Below, piece by piece: positions 24,788 through 36,586 of a stretch of DNA of 56,436 nucleotides. The first letter of the stretch is position 1. The number at the start of each line of letters is the position of its first letter. Origin of the DNA: Catajapyx aquilonaris (taxonomy: Eukaryota); the NCBI GenBank assembly GCA_000934665.2, contig JYFJ02002469.1:1-56436 (forward strand), in the 5' to 3' direction. The translations under genes were made by a program, and so were the position numbers. The notes below the pieces were generated by a model that saw only the letters and a program-made list of their open reading frames with translations, did not search any database and was not told the DNA's origin.

Positions 24788-27700
24788 ATGTTGAAGTTGT
24801 GGACCAAGATGGTGTTGTTCGGTGTATGTTCTGCAGTGAGCCTTGTCTTCTTCCTAAGTTGGACAAATGGTAAGGAATATAATTATGTTAGGTCTACTTC
24901 TCCATTTGGGTTCACGGTGTTCTCCAGTTAACACTTGAACCCTTGAACCTACAGATTGTCAGGCAAGGAACAAACCGTACCATCCCAGGATATATCCACC
25001 AAATAGCCAGATAAACGTCATAGTAAATGACATGTTCCTGATATGTCGCCATACGAATCCCAACATCACTTGGTCCTATCCGCATATTATGGTATATGGG
25101 AAAGGATGCAGGGTGTGACAATGCACACCATTGCATTTCCATATCAATTTTCTTTTTAGGGTAATGTTTCCTCAAGTCACGAGGTACTGACCGTTACGTA
25201 CGATGTCACCAAGTACATGTACGTGTCGGTGCTAAAAGTCACGAAGATAGATTACACTCATAGCGGCTATTATTACTGCTCGGATGCGGTCAACGGACTG
25301 GGAAACCAGATATATGTTCACGTTCAAGGTAAGGATGATGCCAATTCACAATACTCGTTACTCTCCTTACTTCATCCTTCCAATCACAATACAAGATCTG
25401 AAAATTTATATCTCTCAATAATCAGGTCCTGTGACCGCAGCCTTTTTCGATGATGGCAAGGGTGACAGGGCCGTGTCGGCTTACCTGCACCAACGGTTTA
25501 TTATACCGTGTCGATTAACTAACAAATTTTTCTCAATTTTTTGTGGAAATCTGTTCCTGATGGAGAGTGCCCTTTTCTAGTTGCCCATTCAGTGAGTTAC
25601 CATTTTGCATTATGAGTAGGAAACATCGCGATTGACTTCACAAAAATATTATTAACTTAATAGCCTCTTGATCGTTTCAGGACGAACCTTCGCAAGGACC
25701 AATCAGATACGATCCACAATTAGGATTTGTTTTTCTGAATGCCTTACCCCAGCACAACGGCGACTATTATTGTATTGCTGATCGGTACGCAGGTACGCCG
25801 AGAGTCTCTGCACAAGTTACTTCATTATTCTCATTTTCGATTAAAGGTAAGCTGGGCGCACGCAGGAGAAAACATTTTCATAATATTCTTGATATGGTTA
25901 TATCAAACTACATTTCCAGGTAAACAGCTGAACATTGCTCCGAGGACTTACATCACGGGGCCTTCCGATTCTACTATCCTGATTGCACACGACCTGAAAT
26001 TAACATGTGAAGTGTTTCTGGATCACAACGCAACTCTTAACCTTCGATGGGCTCAGCCTGAACTCACGCTCAAACGAAAGGTGAAATTTATATTTTTGTC
26101 AATAACCTAGGTTTGACACAATAAACACTCAATTTTTTCGCGTTTTCAATTAGAGCCGCATAAGTCAAGTCAAGACCAATGTTACACGAAGACATGATTA
26201 CGGACTCTTCTCATACACGTCCACTTTGATAGTCGAAGATGTGAGCAAAGAGGACGAGGGACTGTACTACTGTATCAGCCAAATGAACGGGAAGGTCAAC
26301 AAGCTGACTTCTCTCTACATAAATGTCATCGGAGGTGCGAATATTATTTTGTTCTTGTAATTCGCTCGTGAAACATGCTGGATAAATACTGCACTATTAT
26401 GTCTCATTACAGGCACTTCCGTCGCATTGTTACCGTCAGAAGCTGAGAGGAGAGAGGTACTTTCGATAACAGAGCTGGAACCACGATTGGAAGTTCAAGT
26501 TCTCACGTCGGATCAGAACACCGAAGTGGCCTGGACACGAGACGGTCAAGTCCTCCTCAACAGTCCCAAAATTCGCGTCTGCATGAAGGAGGACGAAGAA
26601 GGAATTTTGCATGATACGTGGTTAGAGTTTAGCAATCTCAGCTTGAAAGACGCTGGGGATTACATACTGCTAGTTATCGATTGGGAAGTGTTTCAAATCA
26701 CAAACATCGACATCTACGGTAAGCACACCATTGCCACAAATTCTGGCATTTTGACCATACAATATATTTTTGTTCTAGGAGTCCATATTGAAGGGATTGA
26801 GAGCTATTTTCCGTTCGGAATGGGACAAGAAGTATTCTTTCAGTGTTATGGACTCCTTAATAACATGACATCCGTCGCCACGTGGAATTTTCAATGGCAC
26901 TTCGTTCGATGCGCCCACAGAGGATCGTGCGAAGAAGAATCCCATCATGTGATGGAACATATTCACTTGGAACATCACTGTAAATTAATTTTGTAATTTT
27001 CCCGCAGGTGATCAGTTCTTCATGCGGAGACTGGATGTTAAGTTGTTCCAAAGCCTCCCTCCGAATGGTACATTCTGGTATTCTTTCCTGCACAGGCGCT
27101 AATGTCTCTACTTTCGATCGAAATATATACTCCACATATTCCGCCGAGATCATTGTCGTGAGTAGGTATCTGCAATATATTTGTACCAGACACGAGAGTT
27201 TCTGTGCTACACTTGCCCTAACACTACTACTTAACACTCATCTATTCCTAGGAGGAAATGAACCCTTGTTTGTTGAGGTAGTAGGTGAAAGGATAAAGTT
27301 GCTTCCTGGCGACACACTGCAGATGAGCTGTTCTGCTAGCTCCTACTTGTTCAGCCAAGAATCAATTGCTTGGATGCATAATGGACAACTAATCACAGTC
27401 AATGAGGCAACAGGTAAGGAATCAGTACACTGATTGTATTATTTTGTAAACACCATTACTATTCCTTGCACAATATTTATAAAAATAAGTATAGCGATTG
27501 TTGTTGCTTTACAGGAGTGGTCACTAGACCATGGAGAACGAAATTGAGCAATGACCTAGAGTTAATTATTAAGCATGCACGCGAGGATCATTCGGGTTCT
27601 TACCGATGTGCCGCAAAAGAAATTGGAAACCAGAATGAAGTTCCTTCGCTGTCAACCGTGGTCCAGGTTGAAGTAAAGAGTAAGTACAGGAATAAAATAA

Positions 27701-30184
27701 TGATAATTATGACTTTATTGTTATATGGTATGGGGTGCAGAACTAATGCATGTTTGGACAATGAGATTCAATATAATTTTAATTTTCAACACGGACAGAA
27801 TCGTCTTCCCCTCGCATCATTTCTACTGACCTAAACGGAGGCATCAAAGAAGTTGAACCAGGAACGGGTGTGGAGCTGGACTGTTCAGCAGAAGGATGGC
27901 TGGAACCGGACATTGCATGGTATAGGACTACAAGCGCTGGAGAGGTCAGAGAAATATATCGTACCTGCCTGCCACACGCTGCTGCATCACTAACGTACAC
28001 TGCAAAATTCCAGGTGATGGAAGAGGAGATGCTGAATGTGACTGGTAGTGTGCTGAGAATGGACCCTGTGAAGAAGTCTGACATCGGGAGACACACCTGC
28101 AGGGCAACGAACCAAGCGGGTCAAGCTGAGTCGTTTGTGGACATCGTATTCGAAGACTACGGTTTGCATTAGATAGTTGACTTTAGCATTTTAAAAATAT
28201 ATTTATGAACCTGTTGACTGAAAAGTTATTGCATATGTTTCTCTTAGTTTTGTCGTATAAAACTAAGGTATAGTAAAGATAATGGCAGTGCATTTCTGGC
28301 TCACCAATAGAATGTCTCATCATTTCATGTATAGGTTCTGGAAGATCCACGCAAGGATCCACGAGTGATTTGGCAATAGTGCTTGGAGCTGGAGCTGGAA
28401 TTGCCCTCATTATCGCACTTTCTGGAATTTTTTTTGGGACATTACATATATATTCAAAGGGTAATCACATCAGCATCATCATTTCCAACTTCCCACTAAC
28501 AGGAATAACTTTCATCATGTTAAATGCAGAAACATCTGAGGGAACTGGCCTCTGACTTGGAATTAGTACATGGAAGCGAGAACAGGATAGACCCAGATGT
28601 GCCCATAAATGACCAACCAGAGAACCTGCCCTTTGACCCAAAATGGGAGTTCAACCGACAGAGGGTCACACTTGGTAAGCATATTGGACGACACTATTCG
28701 TGCATGTTCACCCGACTAAATAAAACTATCTCAGACAAGAAGGTGGGAAGTGGCCAGTTTGGAGTGGTGTACTTGGCCGAGGCTGTTGGCATTGATGGAA
28801 GCGACGGAGTGGTCAAGGTCGCTGCTAAGACCGTCAGGCCTCCCGCATCCATAGGTCAGATGAAGAGCCTGATTGCCGAGATGAAAATGATGGCGCACGT
28901 GGGGAAGCACCTCAACGTGGTCAGCCTGCTCGGGGCATGCACCAAGAACCTCACCAGCGCAGCGGTGAGTAGTGTCCTCCTGAGTGACATGACCTCCACA
29001 TGACCCTCCACAGGTTCCCTTCTGGTCCTGGTGGAGTACTGCAAGTACGGCAACATCCTGGACGTCCTAAGACGAAGGAGGGAAGACTTTGTGGACGAGA
29101 TGGACCCAATCACAGGGATAGTGGACCGTAGAGGAGAAGCCCAGCTGGACCTGGAAGGAATAAACCACCACCACCCACCTGATATCATGGTCACTCCAGG
29201 TGGCCCGGGGGATGGGTCATCTCGGGTCAAAAGGGGTATGTGACAACATCACACATAATGGTCAAATGGTTGACATGTCATTGTCTGCACGTGGTCCATC
29301 GCGATCTGGCTGCCAGGAATGTCCTCCTCTGCTCAAACAACGTGGTCAAGATTTGCGACTTCGGACTGGCCAGAGATGAGTCTTATTATAAGGAGAAGAA
29401 GGGAGGAGGAGGACTGCTGCCTGTCAAGTGGATGGCCATCGAGTCCATCCGTGACCGAACATTCTCGACCATGTCCGATGTTTGGTCCTACGGAGTCCTG
29501 ATCTGGGAAATGTTCACTCTCGGGGAGGATCCATATCCAGGTATGATGCAGTGCACGTGCCACTCTTTGGATGAAAAGTTTACCGGTTGTTTAAATTACT
29601 TCCGGTCTAATTTGAGACTCATTTCGGAACAGCTATTTTGTCCATCCTATTTCAGGTATCTATACATTCGAGATGTGTACCCTATGATATTGGCTAACTA
29701 CCGGATGTCAAAGCCTCAATAATTCCAACCGTTCTTTATGTAAGTATTCGCCTGTTCAATGCAACATGCAATGTTGTCAGCATGTTACATCCTATTCAAA
29801 TCCCTCTTTCAGGTACGAGTTAATGAAGGATTGTTGGAACTCAAAACCTGAGAAGAGACCAACCTTTGCACATCTGGAAATGGAAATATTCTCATTGTTG
29901 GAAGATAGAGTGAGGAGGGTATATTGATACATATGAGAATTTATCTTGCACTAGTGACATTTGGTGACATTTTATTACAGTTTTATGTGGATCTGAATAG
30001 TAAGCCGAGTGACCAGCCATGGACACAATATAAGAGGATGCAGTCATCCTGCAGGGATCCACGACGCACCAACGAGACACAGGTGTCACCAGATGACCTG
30101 ATGACATCAGGGTCAACAGATTCCTCCAACATGGAAGTAATGGAGATGATGGAAATCAGGGAAAAACCATGCGGAAACAAATGA
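24788..30184 (+). pseudogene. Tandem duplicate of the PVR-like RTK with frameshifts and a lost splice acceptor (pseudogene or kinase-less form)
   Basis: Colinear with copy 1. Lesions: -1 near 25521-25543, +1 in T8 at 28428-28435, 5-bp duplication near 28955-28964, +1 A at 29162-29164, acceptor AG>AC at 29289-29290, +2 near 29660. Confidence 0.85.
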
Positions 30185-30370
30185 AATGTCGCTCTAACAA
30201 TAGACTCAATTCCCCATCCAATTCAACTTAACTGTTTATTATATTAGTGCTAAGAAGCTAATAAAAAGTGCACAAATATTAGTAGCATTGAAATTGCAAA
30301 TAATGCGCCTCCTCATATCCATATTCCAATAACAATACATGTAACTCCGCCTCCGACCACGTGCGAGGCA

Positions 30371-30453
30371 GTCGAGTGACGGAGGACACGGTATGGCATC
30401 CACTCAGGTGGCTTACATGAGTGGATGCCATACCGTGTCCTCCGTCACTCGAC
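30371..30453. repeat. Perfect 36-bp-arm inverted repeat (11-nt loop) upstream of HMIT copy 2
   Basis: GTCGAGTGACGGAGGACACGGTATGGCATCCACTCA (30371-30406) is the exact reverse complement of 30418-30453. Confidence 0.97.
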
Positions 30454-30590
30454 GTCAGCACACAACGTAACCTGCAGCCTGCAGGGGTCAGAGAGCAATT
30501 TTTTTCCGGCTTTTTCTAAACAGATTGCAGATAAAAAGGGTATGCCGATAAGCGTGTAAAGGACAGTCAGTTGCGGACCAGTACGGCGGT

Positions 30591-33500
30591 ATGGTGTCTC
30601 CAGTGTCGAGTGATGGCCCCAAGTGCGCGACACAAGATGACCAAGGGTTGTCGGACCTGGTCAAAACTACGCCCAAGTTGGTGTACCTCTTGACAGTGCT
30701 AAGTGCCATTGGTGGGTTCCTCTTCGGGTATGACACCGGTGTCGTGTCAGGTGCCATGCTACTTATACGGTACATGTATTATCCATATCTGCATGCAATA
30801 ATTTGAATCTATACAATGAGTTCAATAACATCTAGGTCATATCTGCTGTTAGAAATTTCCAGATATTAAACTTACTCATTATCACTTTCGTCTGTACATC
30901 ATTCGTGACATTTTTTCAAGGTCACTAGACATGCGTATTTTTTAAAAAAAGGATTTGAACAAAAACAATGCGGATATCCCGCTCATTGACATATCTGGAA
31001 TTTCTATTTAGTCGATTGAAATCAGGAATGTTATTGCAGTGAAGCCTTCAACTTGGATGACACATGGCACGAAGCAATTGTATCCGCAACAATAGGCGCA
31101 GCCTGGATTTTTGCACTTGTTGGAGGCTTCCTCGCAGGTATTATGGCGAATATAAACAATAACTGCGCAGACTGATATGTAGTTTTTTGCAGATAAATTG
31201 GGACGTAAGCCGACAATTATTATTGCCAGTATTGTCTTTACGGGCGGTGCTGTCATCATGGGCGTAGCCAGATCCAAGGAAATTCTTTTGGTTGGACGCA
31301 TAATCGTCGGAATCGGAATTGGTCAGTTGGTGTTCTATACTGGTAAAAAGGTCACTAACAGCAGTCAATGCCATTATTATACTCGCAAATACTGTTGTAT
31401 TCTAATTTCGTCCCGGATAGACACATTAGAAGCGCATCTCAATGCCATGCCTTTGTTTATATTGGAACCTTGTGTATGTGATCGACCCGGGATTGACTAT
31501 GTAGGAAACTGATCAGTCTATGAAATCATATATTTGGTCTCAGACCTTGAACTTTATACATCAGTTGTATCGCAATTGGCAAATTGTCGTCTTGGTAAAA
31601 TTACTCTAACATTTTTAAAGCCTGCAACATTAGGAGCATTGTGTTTACAAAAGGCGAATTTAATCTTAACAAACTTCCTCAAGGAAAATAAATAATGAAA
31701 TCAGTGATAACATTACCTGTACTTATATTATAGGATAATAGCACGTGCATGTACGGTGTGACGGTAGGTCATGGTAGGTGATAATAGTGTTTGATGTTAC
31801 ACATTATATCTATAGATAGGAAGAATGTATGTCGTGATGTCTGACTTTGAATGTCTTAGATGACGCAAACGATTTAATTTATTTATTATTACTGTTTAAA
31901 ATTCAGGACAAGGACGAGAAATACCTTCATGAATTCAGTATTGGAGGCATTTCAATTACAAGGTCGAGAAAACATTGTTGTAATCACGATTCCTGTCGTG
32001 TTGTTTCCTCAAGAGCGTTTAGCACTTATGGAAAGTACAATTATTTGCACGAACCGTACAATTGGCTCTGTGAATATTTATGATGTGATGTTACCAGAAG
32101 GTTCTGACATTAGTAGTCAAGGTGCAACTGATCTAACAATCGGAATGTTTGTTACGGGTATGAAGGTATGAAAAGTAAACATTTTGCAAAGTTTAATCTC
32201 AGCAATGTGGGCAATTCGGTCAAGTCATGCTTACATAATAATTGCATAATCCAGATTATCGGTTGTAATGTTGAAAGGTCATGAGTTCATGCTCATTGGG
32301 ATGACATCCACATCGATGATAATGAGATGTCCTTCATTATTGTTGTTATGGCATGCATTATTATTATGTGTCATAGGCTTGGCCAGCATGAGTGTACCTT
32401 TGTTCATCGCCGAAGTCTCACCACCTGAGGTCAGAGGTCGTCTAGTGACCCTCAACAACATTTTCATAACAGGAGGGCAATTTGTGGCCTCCATTCTTTG
32501 CGGCGCTTTTGTCAACGTCGATGAAGGTTGGAGGTGAGTCCTGTCATTGGGTTGGGTTCACACGAATGTTTTTGTCTGTGTCGTTGTAGTTGGGGACTAC
32601 CATTCAGCTCGTGCTGATTGCCCCATCGGCCAAAAGACGAAGACGTTCGTGTGAACAACAGATTTTTGGACATTTGGAAACATTCCAGGTACATGCTAGG
32701 TCTTGCTGGTGTCCCATCCTTAGTCCAACTGGTGGGCATGATGTGGATGCCCGAGTCGCCCCGGTGGCTGATGGCCCAGGGTCGACTGGAAGAAGCCAGG
32801 GCAGTGCTGAGAAGGACCAGGGGTGGGTCTCAGGCGGCGGTGGACGAGGAGATCGAGTCCATCCGAATAACCTGCGAGGAAGATCAAGCCTGCAAAGAAG
32901 ACGAAGGACAATCTTCATACACTATTGTCCGGATCCTGACCTCCACTGCGACCCGGAGGGCGCTGGTGCTTGGCTGTGTCTTGCAGATGTACCAGCAGAT
33001 TTCGGGGATTAACACGGTCATGTAAGTGGCCATCGCTGGTTGTACGCTGTATCACTGAAAGAGCATGTCTTGTGCAGGTACTACAGTGCCAGTATCATCC
33101 GTATGGCTGGAGTCAACGACAACTCGATGGCCATCTGGTTGGCAGCCGGTGTGGCTGCAGTCAACTTCGTCTTCACTTTCGTTGGGTTGTACCTGGTGGA
33201 AAGAGCAGGCCGAAGAAAGCTGACCCTGGGGTCACTGGCAGGGGTGGTAGTGGCACTGGTATTTCTAGCTGTGGGCTTCCAGCTGTCACATTCGTACGCA
33301 CCTCTCGTGCAACAACCGGTCAATGGACAGGGTCACTGCTCTAGTGCTAGGTAAGTGCATAAATTCCGCTTTCTCTTTGTCTCCTTGTCCCTGAGGACAA
33401 AGCGACGTCCGTGTGAACCCAACACTGAATGTTTCAGGTCATGTTCCGACTGCACCTTCATGAGTGATTGCGGCTACTGTTACGAGAGCTTGTCAGACGG

Positions 33501-35880
33501 AGTGGCGAATAGCTCATGCCTGCTTGTTGCTAAAGGTCATGAGGACTCATTCTCCACATCGGGAAACTGCAGCCACCCCGTACTACAACCCTGGGTATGG
33601 GCCTATGGGTACTGCCCGTCCCAATACTCATGGATCATAGTGGTAGCCCTCTGCGTCTACCTCTTCTTCTTTGCACCAGGTGAGACTGCCAGTTTGTTCT
33701 ACACGATTCGACAATGATCCCCACTGTTTCGTAGGTATGGGACCAATGCCATGGACCATCAACTCCGAGATTTACCCTCTTTGGGCGAGGAGCACCTGCA
33801 CATCCGTGGCGACCTCGGTTTGCTGGATGTTTAATCTTCTGGTGTCTATGACCTTCCTGTCACTCACAGGAGCCCTCACCCAATACGGTAAGCCACTCAA
33901 TTACAAACAATGAATAGCAAGAACCATCCCATTTTTGATAATAGAATGCATCACTTTAATGTGTAAAGTTGTAAGTACAAATTATACCGCCTTGGTTATA
34001 TCATAATAGGTGAAGCGGTACCTGGGTTGAGACAGAGCTTGAATCCTCCTGGACGGACCCACCTGAAAAGAATCATTGTTGTGAAACAATAGCAAATGAC
34101 ATGAGTACTAATAAGGCTAATACTTACACGGAGCACTGCCCCTGGGATAGGTCGAGGCACTGAGAAAGGCATCTGGAATTCCGGATGAACTTTCCTCGGG
34201 ACTGCCAGCCTCTCTGTCCTCTGGCTGCACTTGTACGGAAGCACTACTTTCTTGACACGCACGATGCTTTCACTGCTATCCTCCTTTGCACACAAGATTG
34301 GTACATTGTATTGGTTCCGGTCGTGGCGCGGTATCAATTCTGATGGAAGCGTTGAGTTCCGTCGAAGTGTGTCGTATATCTTCTCAGCTCGCGTACGGTT
34401 GTCGTCTCCTGTCTTGGGAACATCTGGTATGCAGAGGTGCTCAAATGGATTGTGCTTGAACTCCAACTGTCGTGCCAGCTGGAACGGTTTGCCTATGACG
34501 GCTCTGGGGTTGTCAGAGAACATCTTGCACTCCATGATTCTCTTGACGCTTGGACAGCACGTCACGTCTATGAAAGACTTTGACATCACTTTCGGCTTAC
34601 GCGGCTTCTCTGCCAGTTCCACTTTCCGTAGAGGCCCCAGAGTATCAGGCTCCGAGTACATTACAGACGATGTCTTCATGCCTAGCACATTCTTCTCCAA
34701 CGTTGGCGCCTTCAGGATCATGATTGGAGGTTCAACATGTGGCGGCTTAGATGGTTCCTTGTGAGGCTTCTCGTCCTTCTGTTTAGGTGGTTCCTTGCGA
34801 GGCTTCGCGTCCTTCTGTTTAGGTGGTTCCTTGTGAGGCTTCGCGTCATTCTGTTTAGGTGGTTCCAAGTTACGCTTGGTCTTCATGTCCATTTGCAGAG
34901 GCCTACCTCTTGCCTGCCGCATAAGCATATCAGCTTGGGTCACAGTCTCCTTGAAGACTTTCTCGAGGTTCTGGACTACGCCCGATTGGACTCCGACCAG
35001 TTTCTTCGGGCGTACTGCCAGCGTCACCAGTAATCCCCGGATATCACTTTCGTCCCTGTGCTTGGACAGTTCTATGATGCGGTTGGTTGGCACGTAACTG
35101 AGGGTCGCCTTTTTCACTGTCCATTGCGGGTCTTTCGGGTGGGAGTAGTCCTTATGTATTGGCCGAGGCTTGGAAAGTCTTGCGGTCAGGTTCTCCTGCC
35201 TCTCCCACAGCTGCTTCTTGGTCATGCCACCAAACGCGACGTCGTTGGAAAGGAACTCGATATCGTCGCTGTTGACGACACTTTCAACCGCCCCATCGTT
35301 CTTCCCCTTGAGATTGATGAACCTTCTTCTCATTTTTCACCAGTTTTTTGATCCGTGAACTGAAGGGAATATGCTTGCCAGTAGACATGTAAAATGTAAC
35401 TACTGACGATTTGTAGGCAACACTGAAAGTCAACAACGCGTTGACTGTTGGGCATGACATCGCACCATGGTTACAAATGCAGGGTAGGCAACACTTGACA
35501 TATTTTGGGAGCCAACAGCCACTTGTATGCAGGATCTCATTTCATCTTGACTACAATAAATTGTGATGTCACTAGCAACTGTTAAAGAACTGAGGTTACC
35601 ATAATTCACAACTGTCATTTCAGGTGCTTTCTACCTGTACGCATTCCTGGCTTCTACTGGTTTTGTGGTCCTGTACTTGCTCCTGCCAGAGACAAAAGGT
35701 GTCAGCTTGGAGGATATGGAGGTCCTCTTCTCCCAGAGCTGGTGCTGCCCTGGAGCCAACCTGCAGAGGACGGAATCTGGGAGCCTGCAAGAGACCAGAC
35801 GATCAAGGGACGGATCGCAGTACGTACCAATTCCTGGAATGAACCATAGATCTCATCTCTCGAACCCTGCAAGGATGTGA
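30591..35880 (+). CDS. SLC2A13: Proton myo-inositol cotransporter (HMIT), copy 2
   Basis: Exons 30591-30769, 31040-31137, 31193-31321, 32377-32533, 32689-33021, 33078-33350, 33438-33679, 33735-33887, 35624-35880. Same intron positions and sugar-porter motifs as copy 1, with no lesions seen. Confidence 0.93.
33982..35333 (-). CDS. THEG-repeat (testicular haploid expressed gene / sperm microtubule-associated) like protein nested antisense in HMIT2 intron 8
   Basis: Exon 35333-34128 (donor CGT|GTAAGT) and exon 34062-33982 ([26 protein letters not shown]). Repeated R-x-x-x-L-[AS]-x-P-[RK]-type motifs ([41 protein letters not shown]). Lys/Pro-rich. ATTAAA signal at 33960-33955. Confidence 0.72.
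34750..34866 (-). repeat. Coding 36-bp tandem repeat, three copies (EPPKQxDxKPxK)
   Basis: [12 protein letters not shown] / [12 protein letters not shown] / [12 protein letters not shown] in the 445-aa ORF. Confidence 0.9.
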
Positions 35881-36586
35881 CCCTTATGGCTCTTGCTGAC
35901 TCTTTGTTTGTTTACTGTTGCTTCACCAGTGCAAATCTTTCGTAGCTCCTCCTCCTCCTCTCAGCAATAGGAATTTTCCATTATGGCATAATGTGAAACA
36001 CTAGTTGCTTTGTGTTGGTGTATCTACCTGTACATTCATTCTTAAAGTGATCATATTTCACTATTCTCTTTCTCTGTTTGTGTTTTGTTGCAGTGGTAAT
36101 GGCAAGGTACTGTATGAGTTGTCCATCAATTGCGTTGGGCTCTGCACTAATTTCTCATCCTTTTTAAAACTTCATAATTAACCATTTTGCATAGAACAGA
36201 GTTGCCAACACAATCCTTGGACAAGTGCAATAACCTTTATTGACGCTAATCCGAATTTTTGTTTAAACTTTTCAGAGGCCAAGCTGGAGACATGAACGGC
36301 CATGCTTCTGTAGATTCCAGAAAGCATACTCAAGAAGAGAGATTTTAAGTATAGGTCATAATCAGCAGGTCCCAGTCTCGCTCCGAAGTTGCGTTCATTG
36401 CTCCAGCACTGCATGTTGCAATAAGGACATAGTTAGGGCTGGTTGCTTGAAATCAAATGAGATAAAATCTCTGAATCCATACAGGTCATACTGTAATACC
36501 AGCCCTTAGTAACATCATCATTACCTCATGAAATGGTCTGGACATATAAAGGGCATCCTAAGTGAGTGAACTATTTGTTGAGCTAA

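Noticed and set aside
29236..29290. Non-canonical (minor spliceosome) intron ending in AC
   Set aside because: The donor is ordinary GTATGT and the paralogue has AG, so this is a point mutation.
34231..35358. Plus-strand ORFs inside HMIT2 intron 8
   Set aside because: Antisense shadows of the THEG-like coding sequence.
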